Shown: positions 49,644 through 59,859 of the stretch, piece by piece | Layout: each line of letters starts with the position of its first letter | How positions within the stretch are numbered: position 1 is the stretch's first letter | Assembly: GCA_963691875.1 (NCBI GenBank) | Contig: OY829846.1 | Span: 2,816,001 to 2,880,000 of the forward strand | DNA from: Aureliella sp. | GTDB taxonomy: Bacteria; Planctomycetota; Planctomycetia; Pirellulales; Pirellulaceae | DNA: 64,000 nucleotides | Direction: 5' to 3' | Program-made: the position numbers and the translations under genes | Notes under the pieces: generated by a model | Told to the model about the DNA's origin: nothing | Seen by the model: the letters and a program-made list of their open reading frames with translations, nothing else | Databases searched by the model: none

Positions 49644-50903
49644 CTAGACCTTGCGCACGATGACGACAGAGTTGATTCCGAGCATGCCGAAAGAGTTGTT
49701 CAGGATGTACTTCACACGGCTTAACTCACGCGGCTGATTGTCGACTAATCCATTTAGCTCGCAATCTGGATCTAAGTTGTCCAAATTGATCGTGGCGTGG
49801 CAAACATTGTCATCCAAGCTTGGCAGGTTGCCCGCAAGTTCTAATGCACCGGCAGCCCCCATCGTGTGACCGATGAAACTCTTCGTATTGTTAAAGTGAG
49901 TGCTCTCGCAGCCGTCAAACACATTTCGCAGCGCTTGGCACTCCTGCGAGTCACCGCTGCTGGTACCTGTAGCATGTGTGCTGACAATGTCGATCTCATC
50001 AGCAGGCAAACCGGCTCGCTTCAGAGCCATTTCCACACACTGCGCCTGTCGCTCCGGATTTGGCAGAACGAAATCGGTGGCGTCGGTATTGATCGCATAG
50101 GAAACGATTTCTGCAATGATTTCGGCACCACGCTTCTTGGCATCGCTCAGACGCTCAAGAATGTATAGGCAAGCTCCTTCAGAAACCACGATGCCATTTC
50201 GGTCTTTGTCGAAAGGACGGCAAGCTCTTTCTGGATCGTCGTGCGTCGCCAAAGCTCCCTGGCTCTTGAAGCTCGCGAAGATACCGAAGGTGTGGATACT
50301 CTCGGAAACGCCACCCGCGATGGCAATATCGCATTCACCAAGTCTCAGTTGCTGAGCACCCTGAATAATCCCCGCATTGCCGGCGGCACAAGCGGCGCCG
50401 ATCGTGTAGTGCGGGCCAGTCACGCCCAGGTTGAGAGCGACTTCGCCAGCTGGATTATTGGCAACGGTTCGCGGGTTGTGGTGGTGCGACCAAAACTGAG
50501 TGTCGTAGTCGAAACCTTTGATTTGATAGATTTCATTTTCGGTCTCAACGTTGCCGTGTTCGGTGACTCCGATGTAAATGCCGACCCGTGACTTGTCTAC
50601 ATTTTCCCAATCCATCCCGCTGCGACTGATGGCTTCGTTGGAGGCCCAGATGCCGACGGCTCCAGCTCGTGTACCACGTCGAGCGTCCTTGCGAGATTGG
50701 TATTGCGTGGCAGGAAAATCGCAGATTCCTGCCAGAGTCTCGCCGACATAACGGATCTCGTAAGGCTGTACACCGCTCTTGCCAGCCAACAGATTCTGGC
50801 GGAGATCTTCGATGCTGTTTCCGGCGGGACTGGTCAAGCCTACTGCCGTCAGCACTATGCGCTGCTCGTCTGGCAGCGTGGCAGCATTGTCACTAGCGAT
50901 CAT
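49644..50903 (-). CDS. fabF: Beta-ketoacyl-ACP synthase II family (FabF-like)
   Basis: Catalytic AACAAG, THATGT and KSFIGH; RPFD..RNG; NSFG. Confidence 0.82.
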   Translation of the reverse strand: MIASDNAATLPDEQRIVLTAVGLTSPAGNSIEDLRQNLLAGKSGVQPYEIRYVGETLAGICDFPATQYQSRKDARRGTRAGAVGIWASNEAISRSGMDWENVDKSRVGIYIGVTEHGNVETENEIYQIKGFDYDTQFWSHHHNPRTVANNPAGEVALNLGVTGPHYTIGAACAAGNAGIIQGAQQLRLGECDIAIAGGVSESIHTFGIFASFKSQGALATHDDPERACRPFDKDRNGIVVSEGACLYILERLSDAKKRGAEIIAEIVSYAINTDATDFVLPNPERQAQCVEMALKRAGLPADEIDIVSTHATGTSSGDSQECQALRNVFDGCESTHFNNTKSFIGHTMGAAGALELAGNLPSLDDNVCHATINLDNLDPDCELNGLVDNQPRELSRVKYILNNSFGMLGINSVVIVRKV

Positions 50904-51363
50904 CTAAAGCAGAACTCGTCTGTAAGCACCGAGGCGGGGACAATCATCCTAACCCGTAAATTCCTGCAAAAACAAAGCGAGGATCGTTTGGCCTCACTCG
51001 TGTCCGCACTTAAAAAATTACCGCTTCAAGTCCAGATCAGCAAGGGCCTGGACCGCGGCTTCAGGGCCAGATTTTCAACGATTCCCAGAGAAAACAAGGG
51101 AAAAGTACTCTGGATCGCTTACTCAATCACTCCGGAATAAGACTTGAACCTTCCCACACACATCCCCAGATGAATTTGCTTTTGTGAAGTCTCAGATGTT
51201 AAGATATAGATCGCTTCTCTGCCTTGTCTATCGCCTTTCCGATGATTCCTAAACCATCCGAGTGGGACCAATTCCGTGTCTGACATGACGGCGTTTCTCC
51301 CGTTCTAAAGGGAGATACCCCTTTTTTTCTCACAAACTAGCGCGCGATTGCGGGGAGTGAAGA

Positions 51364-52125
51364 ATGCTTGTTGCAAAGCGGATCGATCGAGTTCGATTTT
51401 CCATCCTCTTAATTGCTGCAGCCGTTCTGATAGGCCAAGCCACCATACTTACTGCCAGCGACCAGAAGGTGACTTCATCCAAAGCGAAGAGCAGTTCGGA
51501 GGACGCCTGGGAAACACCTGACGAAATGCCCCAACGGCTGAGTGACTCACTGAGTCAGGTTTATCGCGTCGACAAGTATCGCTCGACGTTGAGCAAGTCG
51601 ATTGAGGCAGAGTACAAGTCGGCCAGTCTTGTCAAAGGAATCAGGGGGCTGCAAGAAACGCTCGATACTCCATTCACCATCGCTCTCTCGGAGCTAGACT
51701 TGCTCGGCATTGATCATGACACACCTGTTTCGATCAAGGTAGGCAAAATGCCTGTTGGCGAGATACTCGACCTGCTGTCGGAACCGCTCAACCTAACTTA
51801 TGGCGTTCGCTCGACGGGAGTGAGCATTGCGAGTAGGCAAACAGCGACCCTTGCTCCGACTACTCGCTTCTCCGAGAAGAGCTGGGCCATCGACTCGCAA
51901 AAGGATGTCAGAGGTCCTGTCAACTTGGTTAAGCTCACAGTTGAACAAGATAGCTGGGTCAGCAACGGTCAACTAAGCTCAGCAATCCCGCTCGGGCCCG
52001 TGCTGGTCCTGAGTGCTCCAAGCTCAACTCAACACAAGATCGAAAATCTCCTCGCCAATTCGGCAAAGCTGAAGCAACTTCGGCAAAAGAGGAAGTCTTT
52101 GGAAGAACACCACAGGTTGGATTAA
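51364..52125 (+). CDS. Hypothetical secreted protein with STN/secretin-N-like modules
   Basis: Signal peptide; GIDHDTPVS..EILDLLSEPLNLTY and LVKLTVEQDSW..QHKIENLL; GGGGAG RBS. Confidence 0.7.
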   Translation: MLVAKRIDRVRFSILLIAAAVLIGQATILTASDQKVTSSKAKSSSEDAWETPDEMPQRLSDSLSQVYRVDKYRSTLSKSIEAEYKSASLVKGIRGLQETLDTPFTIALSELDLLGIDHDTPVSIKVGKMPVGEILDLLSEPLNLTYGVRSTGVSIASRQTATLAPTTRFSEKSWAIDSQKDVRGPVNLVKLTVEQDSWVSNGQLSSAIPLGPVLVLSAPSSTQHKIENLLANSAKLKQLRQKRKSLEEHHRLD

Positions 52126-52138
52126 TGCAGAGGTGATG

Positions 52139-52164
52139 CCGAAAGTCTTGAAGACTTCCGCTAC
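52139..52164 (-). repeat. REP-like family B (GTAGCGGAAGTCTTCAAGACTTTCGG)
   Basis: GTAG followed by an imperfect palindrome on the minus strand. Confidence 0.7.
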
Positions 52165-52189
52165 TTAATAAAGTTCGCCCGATAACGAG

Positions 52190-53434
52190 ATGATCAAAAT
52201 GAAACGTATCGAAAAAAACAATACCACGCTCGCACTTTGGCTCATTTTGATTGCCGCCACTGTCGCACCGGCTCATGGTGATGTTTTTTACTTCACGGAC
52301 GGGCGCGTCATCTCGGGACAAGTCACGACGGAGCATGAGAAAGAGATCGAAGGCGTCAAAACCACGTTCTGGAATGTGCAGCTCGACAGTGGCAACTTGA
52401 TGCAAATCAGTGAGCGAGAACTGACGGGGCGCAACGGCCATGACTTCCTCTCCGATGCGGAAAAGGAATACATGGAGAAGATTCAGTCGATCAAACTGGA
52501 AACAGCCGAAGACCACTGCTTGGTCGCTCACTGGTGCGCTAGCAAGGGCCTATCAGCGCTTCGCAAAGCTCACTATCTTCAAGCACTAGATATCGATCCA
52601 GACTACAAGAAAGCCCGTTCCGGTGCAGGTTTCGAACGCGATCGCAACGGCGACTGGAAGCTGAAGGATGAAGTCCGCGGCAAGGAGATGGGTAAAGTCC
52701 GGATGGGAAACATCTTTGTCTTTCCTGAAGACATCGCGATTCGCCGCAAGCAAGAAAAGCAAGATGCGGAAATGGCACCGATCAAGAAGAAGATGAACAC
52801 GCTTCATTCTGCCGTAGCCTTTGGTCGCAGCGAACAAAGGCGAAACGAAGCGATCGCGAAATTGCGTCAGATCCGAGATCCGCGCGAAGCTAACTTGCTA
52901 GCGAGTTACATGCTGGACAAGCGGCGAAAGACGCCTGCCAACGTGCGCCTGCTATACATCAGCATTCTCTCACGTTTTGCCAGTTCAATTCCCGCTCTCA
53001 CAAACGCCAGCCTTAACGATGAAGACCAAGGTGTACGCTCGGCCGCCCGCGATGGCTTGCGAGCACTCAATGCACGCGGCTCGGTGCCAACCTATTTGGG
53101 TTACTTGAGCAGCCCAAATAACGCAACCGTGAACCGAGCGGCTCGTGGAATTGGATTGTTCAATCCCAAAGAAGCAGTGCTTCCGCTGATCGAAGCACTT
53201 GTTACGACCCACAAGCAAAAGCAGGGTGGTGGCAACACGAATTACAACGTGCAAGGAGGAATGCAGTTTGGCTCGAAAGAAAAAGTGGTCGACGTGGCGA
53301 TGAACAACGCGGCAGTCCTTGAGACGTTAACTGCGATCACGGGCCAACGTTTCGACTACAACAAAGATAGCTGGTACGCCTGGTATGCGAGCCAAAATGC
53401 ACCACCAGTCGGCGACACTCGTCGTGATCCCTAG
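52190..53434 (+). CDS. Secreted HEAT-repeat protein
   Basis: Signal peptide; DVFYFTDGRVISG, AHWC..GL, DPDYKKAR; HEAT-like VNRAARGI..LIEAL. Confidence 0.82.
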   Translation: MIKMKRIEKNNTTLALWLILIAATVAPAHGDVFYFTDGRVISGQVTTEHEKEIEGVKTTFWNVQLDSGNLMQISERELTGRNGHDFLSDAEKEYMEKIQSIKLETAEDHCLVAHWCASKGLSALRKAHYLQALDIDPDYKKARSGAGFERDRNGDWKLKDEVRGKEMGKVRMGNIFVFPEDIAIRRKQEKQDAEMAPIKKKMNTLHSAVAFGRSEQRRNEAIAKLRQIRDPREANLLASYMLDKRRKTPANVRLLYISILSRFASSIPALTNASLNDEDQGVRSAARDGLRALNARGSVPTYLGYLSSPNNATVNRAARGIGLFNPKEAVLPLIEALVTTHKQKQGGGNTNYNVQGGMQFGSKEKVVDVAMNNAAVLETLTAITGQRFDYNKDSWYAWYASQNAPPVGDTRRDP

Positions 53435-53480
53435 TGCAACTGCAACCTGCTACCTACCCTTTTACTCTGCGCGGTTCACG

Positions 53481-53776
53481 ATGCCCTTGAACCGTCACAG
53501 CTCTGTTTTTCTTTCGTTTCTTCTTGGTGCTCTAGCACTGAGTAGTGCTTCGCAGGCAGATGTCCTCTTCTTGAAGGACGGTCGCGTCATTTCAGGTAAG
53601 CTCCCGGAATCGGTCAAGAAGACTGTCGATGGAGTCCAAACTACTTTTGGCGAGTCGAACTCAACGGTGGCACCGCAATTCAAATAAGTGAAAGCGAGCT
53701 GGCCAGCCCTAAGAAGCCTGACGAACTCCCTGCTGAAGGGAAGGCATACGAGCATAGATGCTTCAATAGTCGCTGA
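53481..53776 (+). pseudogene. Truncated, frameshifted paralog of the upstream HEAT-repeat gene
   Basis: DVLFLKDGRVISG..VDGVQTTF, then a 1-nt deletion in the T run near 53645, then WRVELNGG..QISESEL; parallels DVFYFTDGRVISG..IEGVKTTFWNVQLDSG..QISEREL. Confidence 0.75.
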
Positions 53777-53794
53777 CAGGCGCCGCGATCCGTA

Positions 53795-53851
53795 AGAATG
53801 GGATTCGGGCGAATCCCATTCTCGGTGTAGTAATTCCGACGAATCCCACTA
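53795..53851. repeat. REP family A-derived hairpin plus a partial REP overlapping the stop of the convergent gene
   Basis: AGAATGGGATTCG-gg-CGAATCCCATTCT at 53795-53822; aattccgacgaatcccacta at 53832-53851. Confidence 0.75.
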
Positions 53852-56800
53852 TTGCTGCTGGTACACCTCGTGGGTCTCGTCGCCAGCTGAAAGGACGTAA
53901 GCGACCAAGTCTTTGACCTGCTCTTCGGTCAGCCAGTTCAGCATACCTTGAGGCATCACAGACTTGTTGTTGGAGCTCTCGCCTTCGATCTCATCTTTGA
54001 GAACGACCTCCGACTTATCCGGGCTCAGCGGGTCAGCCTTGAGCTCATACTGCTCTTCAGTCTCCTTAACCACAAAGCCACTGACGATCGTGCCTGAATC
54101 GAGCAAGAACGTCTTGACCGCGTACTTTTCTTCGACGTCCTTTGATGGATCGATCATCGATTCCAGCAAGTAAGCCGGGTTACGTTTCTTCGCATCGAGC
54201 TCAGCCAGATTTGGTCCAAACACTCCGCCCTTGTCACCAAGCTTGTGACACTGTGCACAACCAACTCGATTGAACCACAACTTGCCACTAGCATGCGAAG
54301 GATTACCCGCAGTTAGCTTCTCTCCAGGGAAGTCGGAGAGCTTCCATTCCTTGACCAAAGTAGGCACCCAGCCATCGCTAGGTCCCTGCTCAATCGGCTT
54401 ACTGCCGTCTTCGAGGGGATACAACTTGAGTAAATCATTGGCGGCCCAGAACACAGCGTCTTTCTCTCGTTTCACGGCTCGAACTCGAGAAACGAAATTT
54501 GGCGTGATCGGCTTCGAGCGATTCGTCCAGGAGTTACGCACGTAAGTCAGAACCGCTGCAATTTCTTGATCATTCAGCAGGTGCCGGAAACCTGTCATCG
54601 GCGGCAAAGGCGGCGAGCTATATCGTTTGCCCTTCACTTCGATGGTGCCATGCATGCCGTCAAGAACGAGACGCACCAAGCGTTCCTCCGAGCCGGTCGT
54701 CCAAAGGCTTCCATCAATTGGCGGGTACAGGTTCGGAAGGCCTTGGCCGTGGGGCTGGTGACAAGTTGCACAGTGACTCTCGCGTTTGTAGACCTCCGCA
54801 CCAAGTTCCATGACTGCGGCATCTGCCTTTACTGGAATGCTTGCTCGGAGTTCACGCAGTTGTTTCAAAGCGGCCTTATTCAAGCTCCCTTTGCTCGCCA
54901 AACTCTTTCCTAGGTTCAGCATGCCTGAGTACTCGGGTGCTTGCTTTTCAACCGGAGTTGCTTGTTCTGCATCGCTGACCACTAGGGCCAAAATGGACTT
55001 AGCATCGGCAGCGCTAAGGCTGTCCGCAACAGTATCTGGCTTAAGACTGGCCAAAGCCACAACTGACGCTAGTCCCAAGGATTCGTCTTTAGACAGAACT
55101 GCAAGATCAGCAATCTTTTGCTTTTCCCGTCCAGGGAAGGTCATCAAGACTTGCAATGCTCGTTGTCGAAGGTTGCTTCCTCCCTCAGGCCGTAAGTTCA
55201 CGGCAGGAATTGGTTGCTTGCCGATACCCGGACCTGCCCAGGAAACGATTAAGCCATCGCCGCCACCATTCTCAAAGTAGTTGACTTGTATCTTGTGCAA
55301 GCCAGCACTTAAACGAATGCGTCCGGAACGTTCCTGCATTCCGTGCGCGCCGTCATTGTTCACGACCAGTTGATCATTGATATAAAGCCGCGAACCATCA
55401 TCCGAGTTGGTGTAGAAGGTGTAACGACCATTCTTTGGAATCATAATCGAAGCAGTCTGTCGCGTCGCAAATCCATCCTTCTTTCCACCCGGGACGAACA
55501 AAGAGAAACTTTCCAGCTGCCCCGTCAACTGAGGCTGCAAACGATCCAGAGTTTCGTTCGAGACATTGCTTGGATTCGGCGCGTAATATTCGTAGGCCAC
55601 GGATGGGCCCGAAACAGTTGGTGCATTGTCTTCGTCCGATTGCAAGTTCTCAGGAAGCTCAAAAGCGAGTGGACGCACTTTGGAATAGAGAGCATCCATC
55701 GAATCTTTGCCATCCAACGACTCAATGGCTCGTAGTGCATCGCCGAGCAGGATACGTGATTCAAGTGCTTGATTCCATGCTGCAGAGACCGCACCGCTGC
55801 GGAACCATGCCCGAAACGCAGCTTGCCGAAGATCGATCGACCCCGTCTTCTGCACAATACCTTGCAGAGCCGGACCGGCTCCCTGAAGATCTGACTCATC
55901 CATATCAGCTATCATCTCGGCAAGATCGGAAAGGCTCTCGAAACCTCCTGCTTCCGCAGCCGTAACGCTGGAGAAGAGTTGTGCCGATCGCGGGATCCCC
56001 CCCGCCTTGGCCAGAGCATCGAGGGCTTCCCAGCGTGCTGACGTAGCGACGTTTTCTCGTGCCAGGATCGCGGAAAAGACTTCACGAGACTTCTCCATCC
56101 TCAGCAGAAGATTCGCATCCGCATTTTGCAGGGCGTAAGTCTTCGCTGCATCCGATAGCGGCTTCTTCGTAGCAATTGCATCGGCGATCATCTTGTCGAC
56201 TTGGATCTGACGCCGGGCAAAGCTTAGGACATCGTTGAGCTCAGGATCCGTCTCCCGATTGGCGACTTCAAAGATCACCTCAGCGGCAGCAAGCCCTTCG
56301 AATTCGATGGCTGCTTTTGCCGCCTCTGCTCGGACGAGGGCTGATTCATCTTGAGCCGCTAGGGAGAGCAGTCCATTTGCTTTCTTGGTATCGTCGGCAG
56401 AAATCATCTTTGCCCAGTGGCCTAGCGAACGAATCGAAGCAGCACGAACGCGAGGCTCCGTGGCCATGTAAGTCTTCTCTACCAATCCAAGATTGGGGAC
56501 GCGATGCTCTTCATGAATCCAAAGACATTCCAGCAACGCTTGCGCTTCGTCCCGATCAGCTGAGGCATTGGCGGGATTCAACTTGTCGCCGAAACTTGAA
56601 ACTGCAGCAAGGACTTTGTCTGAATCGCGACCGCTCAACTCCAAACGCACGCGATATCGCACATTATTCTGCTTGGAGAACAAGTTCTCCAGCACTTCGC
56701 TCACTGACTTGCCCTTCATCTTCACAGGCTTCAGCGTCGGTCGACCTTTCGCACTGACGCGGTAGATGCGGCCGTGCGTGTGATCACGGTTTGGGTCTCG

Positions 56801-58807
56801 CATGTTATGCTGCATATGGCCAATGAGTGTATTTTGCCAATCTGCGATGTACAGCGCTCCGTCACCGCCAACTTCGATATCAGTTGGCCGAAAGTTTGGA
56901 TCGGTGGACTGAATGATGTCGTTTGTTCGCTCGGCCGATATCTGTGCCCCGTTGTACTGCACTTCGTAGTTGAGAACTCCGAGGAATCCAATAGTATTGC
57001 ATATCAAAAAATTGTTTTGGTACTTCTCAGGGAAATGGCTACTCGAGAGAATGCCGGTCGCAGCCACCGGACGCCATTCTTTCTTGAACCACTGTCGGCC
57101 GCCGGGCCGCTGGCCCTTCCCGATACTGACGTAGCCGCCAGTCCCGCTCGTTCCGTCGTTCGCGAATTGATAGCCCCAACGATCGAACACATCACCATGT
57201 GGGTTCGGGCCAATCGGATAGTGGAACTCCATTTCAAAAGTACGAGGATTGAAGCGGTGAACGCCGCTCTGTCCAGAACGATAGGTCTGCGTGGGCGTTT
57301 CGAAGGCAGCAACGTTGAAGATTCCTCGCGACCAGTAGAGCCAACCATCAGGGCCAACCACCATCGCATTGGCCGAGTGGTGCGTGTCGGCGCTTGACAC
57401 ACCTTGCAGTACCCGGATCTTTTGATCCGCCTTGTCGTCTCCATCGGTGTCTTTCAAAAACCATATTTCAGGTGGGGCTGCTACCAAGACTCCGCCGCCC
57501 CAGAATTCAAAGCCTGTGATGCTGTTTAGCTCGTCTGCAAACACGATCAACTCGTCTGCTCTTCCATCACCGTCTTCATCAGGCAGAATGACCAACGCAT
57601 CTTTGCGCGGCTCGGTTGGATTCCAGTGAGGGTACGATGGCCAGACTGAAGCCCACAGACGGCTGTCCGAATCGACGGCCATCTGCACTGGATTGATGAG
57701 TCTTGGAAACTGCTCCTCGGAGGCAAACAGGTTTACCTCCAGATCCTCCGCCACTTTCATTTTGCTCATCGCTTCTTCGCCGCCGAGATAGGGAAAGGCA
57801 CCCCCGTCCAGCGGACCTTGGCGGTTCGGCTTTACGACGAGCTCTTCTGGCGAGTTGTCATCATCGAGTTGTAGGTCACCACCTTGAGCGACTGCCCAGA
57901 CACGGCGATCGCGATTGGCGGTCATCACGTCGAAGATTTCCATTTCACGCATCATGACATCTGCGTTAGACTGACCAAACCAAGCTAAACGAGACCGCCC
58001 ACCAAAGACGTTGTACTCGTCCACTACCCGATAGCGACTGAACCAGTGGTAGTTCTTGTCCAGTACCGCTTCGCGCAGCTTGGCAACTTCTTCGTCGGAT
58101 GGCAGTGTTTCTCCAGGTGCGGCGGATTGCATAATCGCGCGGGCTAGAGCACGATTGCCGTGATCGCGCAAGTGAATGCCGTTCATTGTCAGCGGCTCAT
58201 CGCTTTCGGCGTAGAGCTTCTTGGACATGGCAAAAAGATCCACGAAGGGAACTTCCATGCTTTCGCAGATCTCGCGCATGAGCTCTGTATACTGCCCGAG
58301 CAGCTTGTTATTCGCGCTGCCGTCTGGCAGATGGGGACTCTTCAGATCTTCATGTGCGATCGGAGAGAAAACAAAGATACGAGGTGCTGACTCTCCGTTG
58401 TATTGCTGGCTTCGCATGTGGGCCAAGGTCTCGGTCAGGTCTTTTCCGAACTGAGCCAATCCCGACGGGCCCTTCAAGGCTTCGTTGTAACCAAAGAAGC
58501 AGGCAATGACGTCGGCCCCACATTTCGTAAGCCACTGGTCAGCATTTCCAAAGTTGTCGGCCCGCTGACGCAGCTTCACTTCGTCTCCGGAGAAACCAAG
58601 ATTCCTAAATGTCAACTCATGCTCAGGATGCAAAGCATGGATGTACGTCTCAAGCCAGCCGTGATGCTGCATGCGATCGGCGAGCGTATTGCCGATGTAG
58701 ACGACGTTGTCGCCCCTTTGGAAAGGGCTTTCCTGAGACTTTGCCTGACTAGAAAAAATGAAAACGGAAAGGCCAAGCGCAATGGCACGCGTCAATGGAC
58801 TAAGCAT
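53849..58807 (-). CDS. PVC-type membrane-bound dehydrogenase-like multidomain protein: SGNH-like + beta-propeller + HEAT + PA14 + two cytochrome c
   Basis: IGNT..GYNE..NGIHL; EVNLFASEE and DTDGDDKAD; PA14 SDDGSRLYI..NDGAHG; CATCH and CAQCH. Confidence 0.88.
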   Translation of the reverse strand: MLSPLTRAIALGLSVFIFSSQAKSQESPFQRGDNVVYIGNTLADRMQHHGWLETYIHALHPEHELTFRNLGFSGDEVKLRQRADNFGNADQWLTKCGADVIACFFGYNEALKGPSGLAQFGKDLTETLAHMRSQQYNGESAPRIFVFSPIAHEDLKSPHLPDGSANNKLLGQYTELMREICESMEVPFVDLFAMSKKLYAESDEPLTMNGIHLRDHGNRALARAIMQSAAPGETLPSDEEVAKLREAVLDKNYHWFSRYRVVDEYNVFGGRSRLAWFGQSNADVMMREMEIFDVMTANRDRRVWAVAQGGDLQLDDDNSPEELVVKPNRQGPLDGGAFPYLGGEEAMSKMKVAEDLEVNLFASEEQFPRLINPVQMAVDSDSRLWASVWPSYPHWNPTEPRKDALVILPDEDGDGRADELIVFADELNSITGFEFWGGGVLVAAPPEIWFLKDTDGDDKADQKIRVLQGVSSADTHHSANAMVVGPDGWLYWSRGIFNVAAFETPTQTYRSGQSGVHRFNPRTFEMEFHYPIGPNPHGDVFDRWGYQFANDGTSGTGGYVSIGKGQRPGGRQWFKKEWRPVAATGILSSSHFPEKYQNNFLICNTIGFLGVLNYEVQYNGAQISAERTNDIIQSTDPNFRPTDIEVGGDGALYIADWQNTLIGHMQHNMRDPNRDHTHGRIYRVSAKGRPTLKPVKMKGKSVSEVLENLFSKQNNVRYRVRLELSGRDSDKVLAAVSSFGDKLNPANASADRDEAQALLECLWIHEEHRVPNLGLVEKTYMATEPRVRAASIRSLGHWAKMISADDTKKANGLLSLAAQDESALVRAEAAKAAIEFEGLAAAEVIFEVANRETDPELNDVLSFARRQIQVDKMIADAIATKKPLSDAAKTYALQNADANLLLRMEKSREVFSAILARENVATSARWEALDALAKAGGIPRSAQLFSSVTAAEAGGFESLSDLAEMIADMDESDLQGAGPALQGIVQKTGSIDLRQAAFRAWFRSGAVSAAWNQALESRILLGDALRAIESLDGKDSMDALYSKVRPLAFELPENLQSDEDNAPTVSGPSVAYEYYAPNPSNVSNETLDRLQPQLTGQLESFSLFVPGGKKDGFATRQTASIMIPKNGRYTFYTNSDDGSRLYINDQLVVNNDGAHGMQERSGRIRLSAGLHKIQVNYFENGGGDGLIVSWAGPGIGKQPIPAVNLRPEGGSNLRQRALQVLMTFPGREKQKIADLAVLSKDESLGLASVVALASLKPDTVADSLSAADAKSILALVVSDAEQATPVEKQAPEYSGMLNLGKSLASKGSLNKAALKQLRELRASIPVKADAAVMELGAEVYKRESHCATCHQPHGQGLPNLYPPIDGSLWTTGSEERLVRLVLDGMHGTIEVKGKRYSSPPLPPMTGFRHLLNDQEIAAVLTYVRNSWTNRSKPITPNFVSRVRAVKREKDAVFWAANDLLKLYPLEDGSKPIEQGPSDGWVPTLVKEWKLSDFPGEKLTAGNPSHASGKLWFNRVGCAQCHKLGDKGGVFGPNLAELDAKKRNPAYLLESMIDPSKDVEEKYAVKTFLLDSGTIVSGFVVKETEEQYELKADPLSPDKSEVVLKDEIEGESSNNKSVMPQGMLNWLTEEQVKDLVAYVLSAGDETHEVYQQQ

Positions 58808-59244
58808 GAAGAAGAACTCGTCGTCGTGAAGCAATTGAGAGGTCAAGGCGGGATAGGCTGAACGCCTGGATTGGGTCCGTATTGTAGCGAAAACTCGAGC
58901 GAAATGCGTCCTGACAGAGCCAGCTCTCGGCGAGGGTCAGAGTTTGATTCTAGCCAATTCGTCAGGAAAGGAACGTAAGCTCCCTTTCCAAGTTCAACAA
59001 GGAATTCAGGGAGCGTCGGAGCCCTAGCGACGGAGAGGATTCCCTCCAATTTGAAATTTCGTTTTACCCCAAGGCAGCGTGCGGGGTAGGGATGCGTATC
59101 CCGGCCATTCCAAATCTTGCTGGACTGCGATCTGAAGAACCCAAACTGACACCACCGGCCCACTGATAGAGTCTCTGATTTGCCGATTCGAAAGCGCAAA
59201 CTTGAACGGTACGGGCAGCCTATCACGCGCTCCCAAGCTGTGAT

Positions 59245-59857
59245 TCAGGGGACGGCTTCCGGGAGGAGCAGCCGAAGCTCAAGACAGCTTTGATTGCGTG
59301 GGCGAAGGTACATGGTGACAAAGAGTTGCCCTCGCAGCTCGCTTGCTTTTGGGAACTCTGGCTGGAATTGCTTGAGAAGCTCACAGTAAGTAGTAAACCG
59401 CAAACTGAAGCCAACCAACACTGCAGCTTCGAGAAAGAGGACCTCCCACGGCAGCTTGAGCCAATTCATGACACGATTCAGCCGCTCGATGCCGACACAA
59501 AACACCTTGAACATCAACAGAGCAAAGCTGGCATTTGCGTCACATGCAACTTGCGGCGAGATCTTTTCTCCCGAGATCAAGCCGTACACAGTTGGCTTGC
59601 ATAGCTTGCTCGATCTCTTGCGGAAGATTCGCGCTGAGCAAGTGGGCGCCCAACGCGGCAAATACGACTTGAATCAATATGACACAGCCGATGTTCGCCG
59701 CCAGACCGACTGGCAGAAAGGCCCATACGACCAGCGCGCCACCAAGCGTGACCGCCAAGACCACCGTACTTGGACTTGGCAGATCGTCCGCCTCCAGACG
59801 ATTGCTATGCCTAGCTTGTAGCTGCCCGACTGCGTTTGAGTTCCGCTCGTCGTTCAT
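59245..59857 (-). pseudogene. Frameshifted hypothetical membrane protein
   Basis: ATG 59857 lies 2 nt after the DUF1559 stop; two overlapping ORFs (59540-59857 and 59245-59661) carry hydrophobic segments. Confidence 0.45.
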
Positions 59858-59859
59858 GG

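Noticed and set aside
49644..50903. Secondary-metabolite (type II PKS) cluster
   Set aside because: Single ketosynthase with no ACP, chain-length factor or tailoring genes nearby; co-oriented with tsaE.
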